NCBI GenBank assembly: GCA_950097015.1
Contig: CATNEN010000003.1
Span: 15,686,001 to 15,750,000 of the forward strand
Length of the DNA stretch: 64,000 bases
Origin: Macrostomum hystrix
Lineage: Eukaryota; Animalia; Platyhelminthes
Direction of reading: 5' to 3'
Made by a program: the position numbers and the translations under genes. The notes under the pieces were generated by a model. It did not search any database and was not told the DNA's origin. It saw nothing but the letters and a program-made list of their open reading frames with translations. Within the stretch, counting starts at the first letter, position 1. Every line of letters begins with the position of its first letter. Positions 59,001 to 64,000 of this stretch are shown here, in pieces.

Positions 59001-61453
59001 CTAACGGTGAACAGAAAAATGGGTAATTATTATAATTTGGCTGTTGAGCACAGATTCGAACTCCATACAGCCAGGAAGGAAGGATCGTTAAGGAATCGTA
59101 ACGATTCAACAGTCTCATTCACATGCCAGCATGTCATGGCTGATACAGCTGAGTGTGTAGCTCATTTCTCTAAATTACATTGAGCAGCTTCGCGTCGTTC
59201 CCGTCGGCTACTGGAAGCTAGCATTATCAGCAGCGGCGGCGGCGGCGGCGGCGGCAGCAGCATCGCTGGTGGCGGAAGCAGTGGCACTCTCGCGTACGTC
59301 CGCGGTGAAGAGAACCTCAAGGGCTGGCGTCCTCGCTCGGATTCACTGATTGTCGAGCATCAATGGGAGCTGGAGAGATTGGTTCGACTGGAGCTAGTTG
59401 AAAAGGCGCGTCACACCCTGCAGCTGAGGGAAAAGCTCGCCGAGGCTGGAAGAGTTGACGCTCTGGTTGCTATGGACACGGAGGCCTCAGCAGCGGCGGC
59501 TGCAGCGGCGTCGGCTGCATCGTTGTGCGGCGACGACATCTCATCGAGCGGCGTCAGCCTTGGCGGTGACGGAGGCGGTAGCGGCGGTGGGCTGGCTAGA
59601 AGTCCGAGCTACTCTGTTCTGGACGACATTCCAGATGAGGTGACTTTTTTAATTAGAACACTTATCTTACCCATTATAAGTTCATCAAGTACTGTAATAA
59701 AATTGCCATAAAAATTGCTATTTCGCTCGTACCTCTGAAAGAAGTTGACATAACTCGGCTTAAAATAACTTTAGTTCGAAGAGGTTTATAGTTTTTAAAC
59801 TTACCTGTTTAAAACAGGTAAGTAGCAACTTCATGCAATAAGTTTTTGACGGAACTGAAGCATACCTAATGAAAACTTTTGTTGCGCCTCGCCGTTCTTC
59901 CTGCAGGTGAAACAAAGCTTTAGTCGCGAGCAGCTGCTAATTCGCAAATGCCTACAACTACTGAGCAGCGGTCGAACCCAGTTGCTACCTCCGGCGTCTA
60001 CCCCAACTGCTCAGCTGCTGCCGACACAACTCCCGTCAGCGACACCTGCAGCACAGCCGCAAACGCAACCGCAGCAACAGCTGCTGCAACAGCAGGCCCC
60101 AGTTCGAGCTGCCCTACCTTCGGCTATCTCCTATGCTAGCGGTATGTCGGACATCTGGCGCCCGCAGATGCGCCACTCTCCATCGGCTTCATTCGCTTCG
60201 CTAATTGGCGCTGGTGGCAGCGGTGGGATGGCCACAATGATGCAAAAATCGCCAACTATGGAGAGCGTAATGAGCTCGGCAAGCGGTGGCGCCGGAGATC
60301 CACCGAGTCAGCATCCGCTGGACAGTCTGCGGTCTGGCAGCCTGATAGCTCAGTGCGACGAGATTCGCGCGTCGCCGCAAATTTCTCGACGCGGCTATTT
60401 GAACTTTCTGGAGGAGAAATCTGGCGGATGGGTTCGGCGCTGGGTTGTTGTCAGGCGACCGTTTCTCTACATCTATCAGAACGAGCGCGACCCCGTTGAG
60501 CGAGGCTTTATTAACCTAGCCACGGCACAGATTGAGTACAGCGAAGAGCAGCAGGCGATGCTGCGAGCTAAGAATGTGTTCACCGTGATTACACCTCATC
60601 GCGGCTACCTTATGCAGTGCCTGGAGGACAAGGAGGTGCATGATTGGCTTTATGCATTCAATCCGTTGATGGCCGGACAGATGAGGTAAATATTTTTTTA
60701 TGTTGAACACGCCGTCGATTCTATTAATTATTGGTTCGTGAAAACAAGTAATTGCAGTGTTGGTCATTTGTGATGCAAAATTTCGGTCTTACAGTGGGTC
60801 CGCGTGCAGCGGACGTCCGCGTCCGCGTCAGCGTGGCTGACAGTGGATCTGCACTCATACAGTGCGAAAAGTTGAAAAAAAGACTAGTGTGCAGCCGACA
60901 GCACAGGCTGCTTACAATTGTTCAGTCCATGGGCTGGGAATTGGACGGCGTCATGCCCACCCTCAATCAACCCATAGCTAGAGTGATTATCCGCCTAGCC
61001 ACTTGTTGAAAACATAAGCTTGCAGAGCTAGGTGTTTTTGGAGTCGGAAATCGAACCCCTGACCTTCAAGTCTTGATTCCGGCGCTTTCACCACTAGACT
61101 ACAACTCCAATACATCACATTGTTACCCGCAAGCTATATCCATAGGTAATTTTATGGCACATCACGTCACATTTTATCATTTATCATATATTTATTACAT
61201 TTTTCCATGGTTGAATTCGAATTCACCCGTTCATCAGACAATCTTTTTTCGCAAAATTTTGCATTCAGTTGTAAAATCTATTTCGGTGTAAAACTCCATA
61301 AACTCCAAAAATGATTTATTAACTATAATATAAATTATGTTTTTTAATGTTTTAACTATTTAAACAAATTTTTACTTTAAACTCCGTTGTACAATAAAAA
61401 CATATTTATCTTTCAGGTCAAAACTCGGGCGCAAGAAAAAGGATCGGCAATAA
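33484..61453 (+). CDS. unc-104: Kinesin-3 motor KIF1A/B (unc-104). 21 exons: 33484-33583, 35377-35911, 36853-36964, 39020-39163, 45066-45150, 46788-47244, 48065-48220, 48342-48433, 48917-49087, 49391-49545, 49758-49881, 49982-50061, 52128-52196, 53480-53652, 55154-55309, 55412-56357, 56661-57205, 58829-58926, 59188-59639, 59907-60685, 61417-61453
   Basis: [14 protein letters not shown] start, P-loop [10 protein letters not shown], switch I NETSSRSH, switch [29 protein letters not shown] region ([19 protein letters not shown]), [34 protein letters not shown], and a C-terminal PH domain ending [12 protein letters not shown]. Phases are consistent. Confidence 0.96.
34558..34686 (+). mobile_element. 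SINE family B, 3'-truncated
   Basis: AAATGGTTAGAGCGTCGGACTC...GGTTCGATTCC followed by the CORE-like segment. Confidence 0.82.
35202..35349. repeat. (ACAG)n microsatellite
   Basis: Direct; ends about 27 nt before the KIF1A exon 2 acceptor. Confidence 0.97.
36005..36640. repeat. Degenerate repeat built on TCTAACAGGTAGG, KIF1A intron 2
   Basis: The core recurs many times with irregular spacing of about 22 bp and higher-order blocks. Confidence 0.88.
37860..38335. repeat. 21-bp polypyrimidine minisatellite (CTCTCTTCCCTCTCTCCTACC), KIF1A intron 3
   Basis: Tandem periodicity. Confidence 0.95.
40347..41603 (-). CDS. Nested antisense metallophosphoesterase-domain (MPPED-like) protein. Exons 41603-40783 and 40683-40347; ends in CaaX (CNVL*)
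   Basis: [72 protein letters not shown] follow MPPED order. One phase-2 GT-AG intron; stop TAA at 40349-40347. Confidence 0.82.
42618..42626 (+). CDS. Candidate 9-nt phase-0 microexon (Ser-Ser-Glu) of KIF1A/unc-104
   Basis: CCCGCAG|AGTTCAGAG|GTGAGT inside a phase-0 intron at motor loop 12. Confidence 0.55.
42828..45028. repeat. 16-bp minisatellite (GTCTCATCTCTACCCT) with 17-bp variants, about 135 copies
   Basis: Tandem periodicity; ends about 35 nt before the exon at 45066. Confidence 0.97.
45563..46635. repeat. 22-bp minisatellite (GAATCCAAGGGAAATCTCGGGT) with 26-bp variants, KIF1A intron 5
   Basis: Tandem periodicity. Confidence 0.96.
47308..47845 (-). mobile_element. SINE family A copy interrupted by a 291-bp insertion (47402-47692)
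   Basis: The halves 47308-47401 and 47693-47845 join to give the family A sequence; AGGTG is duplicated at the junctions. Confidence 0.8.
48436..48815. repeat. GA-rich polypurine tract, KIF1A intron 8
   Basis: Almost pure A/G directly after the donor. Confidence 0.92.
49125..49320 (+). mobile_element. SINE family A, headless copy in the opposite orientation
   Basis: Reverse complement of 11856-12042. Confidence 0.85.
50788..51100. repeat. 19-bp minisatellite (CCCCCAGACACTCACAACT) grading into a 14-bp unit
   Basis: Tandem periodicity. Confidence 0.93.
52365..52640 (-). mobile_element. SINE family A, near full length
   Basis: High similarity to 11856-12136. Confidence 0.88.
52743..53412. 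repeat. 24-bp minisatellite (GTGATTGAAATCTGTGTGTCTTGT), KIF1A intron 13
   Basis: About 28 highly homogeneous copies. Confidence 0.97.
60888..61102 (-). mobile_element. SINE family B, degenerate, in the last KIF1A intron
   Basis: GTGCAGCCGACAGCACAG, TGTTCAGTCCATGG and GAAATCGAACCCCTGACCTTCAAGTC match 10849-11110. Confidence 0.75.
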
Positions 61454-64000
61454 TATATGTGACTTCGACAACCTTGCGATTTGATCGATACTTTCATGAG
61501 ACAAAATAGAAATTCTATTTTATTTACACGTATTCTGTCATGCATTGGCAAGCGTACTATTCCACTTAAAATTTGCAGTAGAGTAATGGCCATTAAGTTT
61601 AGCACAACTTTGAATTATAACCTGCCTTGGTTAAGCTGTATTTTACAACCATGTCTGAATTTTGTCGAGTCTTGTTCGTCTGTTTAAGTGTTGTGTCTTC
61701 TGTTGAGCATAATTTATTTGCATGAGTAATATATATAATGTGCATTCATGCATTAAAGCAGCGAATTTTTATAGTCTTTTGTGAAGTATTCATTGTAGTC
61801 CTTCTCGTTGTATTAAAATAGCTCTGATAATTTAATTAGATTTTATAATTTCATATGCTGTCAAAATTTGTATTACCTATTTACTGCTGTACCATCGAAT
61901 TCATAAGTAGATGGTTGCATATTTTAATGCCATATTCAGCGTTAATATTTACTGCCAGTGACTTCTGACGTTTTTTATATTAGCAATGACGGTTTCAAAA
62001 GATCGAAAAAAAAATTATCGTAACTGTTTTGTAACGTTCAGTGAAAAAAATATTTTAACTATAATATTGTTATATTCATATATATGCGCTACTTATACAA
62101 AAAACTACCGTTATTTATTATATTTTACTTAACTTGAGTTTTTAATAATTGTTTAACGTAATGATAAATTGTTATAATTACACATATCGACTACTATAAT
62201 TGTGATAATAAGTGTCCTAAATTAACTGTGTTATATTTATAATCGACCCAGCTTCTGTGTCGTGCAAATTAAAATATAAATACTGTGTTGTTTCTGTTTG
62301 AGTTTAGCTGTCAAAAACAGTTTTGTTTTAATCGTTGATTATTTTGATAAAATGATGGATAAAGCCACGTTCTAGAGCACCAGAATAGCAGATTCAACAA
62401 GTTGCTAATTAAGAAAGCATAGAATTACGGAAAACTATAGAAAACAATAGCTTACTTGGTTAATACGATGAAATTTTGTGAGAAGAAAAACAAAGCCTAC
62501 TTAAGGCGGTTTTTGCCACAAGACATCCCGGTTTCCCGAGAATCTTTGAAAATCTCGTTGATACCGATGTTTTTTTAACGAGGAGAGAGGTCAGGAGTTC
62601 GAATCTCAGCCTCAGCTAGGCAGACAATTTATTTAGAATTTATTTCTTTGTTAAGTTTCAAGACATAGTACTGACAGTAATTAATGATTGCAACCCATCA
62701 GATAAAATAAACTCATCAACAAAAAGGGTCGCATTCTCTGCGCATTAGTTTTTTATATTAGTTTAATGGAAGAATGCTTTTTAATTCCCGTGACAAAAAG
62801 GATTACAAAAAATGGTTTAGCACTACGTAGATAATAATTTCGATACGAACGTTTTCTTAATATTACGTTTATTTATGCAAAGTGCGAGCGCATTATAAGA
62901 ATGCTTTAACTCTACGTAGTAGTGATAAATTCTTACCACACTAAGTCCAAATAAAAAATGGATGATCTGATGCCACAGAGGCTATAGCTGTAGCGCAGAC
63001 ACGTTTATCAAGATTTCATCAAGATCTGATAGGTAAGGGTCGAATTAAGTGAGAGTGGAAGAGAAAACTGAACTAAGAACCATCAAAGAAATAAGAGAGT
63101 CGTGGCCAGAGAAGACAAGAAGTTGTAGACAGACTATTTAGTCTCACTCTCTGGGGAACGCAAATTGAAGTCGAAGAGGTGAATTTTCCTCAGCATGATC
63201 AAATAATTCCTAATCTTCTCATCTCTCCCCCGGTGGCTTGCAAAATTCTACCCCGTTACCCAAATGAACCGGTCCAGCTATAGAATAGAGCAGCCTACAA
63301 GGGATGAGTGACTGAACTTCTTAAGCTATAAGAGAATTTCATTTCAACCCCGTCCTCGGTGAAAAGAAGAGCCACGTTAATTGACGAGGAAGCGAGTGAA
63401 GTTGTCTATTGCACTTTTACAAAACTTTAGCCAAAGCCTATACCTAAAAATATAAGTGCCAGTACACAACAGACAGACATTAACACATCCGGGCAGACTT
63501 TTTCTCACATACGAGGACGTCTAAGACGAAACGCGAGATTTGCCGACGGGCGTTCAGCTAGAAATTTTCTTATTTTCTAGTTTTTGACGTTCCACAACTA
63601 GTCAATCATCGTTGGTCTTCGTTCTCAACATCGTCCTTGGACTTTTGGACCACTACAACCAAAGTCCAACGTTCAAAAAAGCCAACAATGATAGATGAAT
63701 AGGAAAAATGATGCGATGAAATGTAAAAGTTCAGCGTTTTTTTCATGTTGACGTCGTCATTGACGCCTGGTTGGTTTGTCGACAAACGTACAGGCGCATT
63801 GTTGTGCAGCTAGGGTACTCCTATCAAGGTCCTAGATTTTAGCCCCGAAGAAAAAAAAAACAGGACAAAGAAAGGTGATAGAACAAAAGTGTCCGAAAAA
63901 AGCAAATGTGAATAGTTAGAATATAATAGAATAGTGTGAATGTGGCAAATAGTTATAAAGTGCAAGCGAAGAACTGATGCATTCTTCCGGGTTTAAATCG

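Noticed and set aside
63505-63562. Hammerhead-like GACGAAAC or Helitron-like CTAG 3' end
   Set aside because: No CUGANGA core and no convincing stems; the hairpin is too weak to call.

Overview
This is eukaryotic (metazoan) genomic DNA: GC-rich exons, AT-rich GT-AG introns, polyQ/polyA-rich proteins and very dense intronic minisatellites. The style suggests a free-living flatworm such as Macrostomum (inference only). Genes: a 5' coding exon of a probable PRPF3 (-); a POLD3/p66-like gene with a C-terminal PIP box (-); a spliced, 5'-incomplete transposase-like gene (+); an F-type lectin + PAN/Apple pseudogene with one frameshift and one in-frame TAG (-); an uncharacterised ORF (+); a complete 9-exon importin-5 (-) head-to-head with a complete 21-exon kinesin-3 KIF1A/unc-104 (+). 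KIF1A intron 4 holds a nested antisense metallophosphoesterase-like gene with degenerate metal ligands and a CaaX end, a candidate 9-nt K-loop microexon, and a 2.2-kb TCAT-rich array. Also present: two tRNA-derived SINE families, a 645-bp MITE with an 8-bp target-site duplication (TSD), a 38-bp minimal terminal-inverted-repeat (TIR) element with an 8-bp TSD, and about 15 tandem arrays. The long repetitive ORFs in the ORF track are artefacts of these arrays. Exon boundaries were read by eye and checked for phase; no database searches were run.
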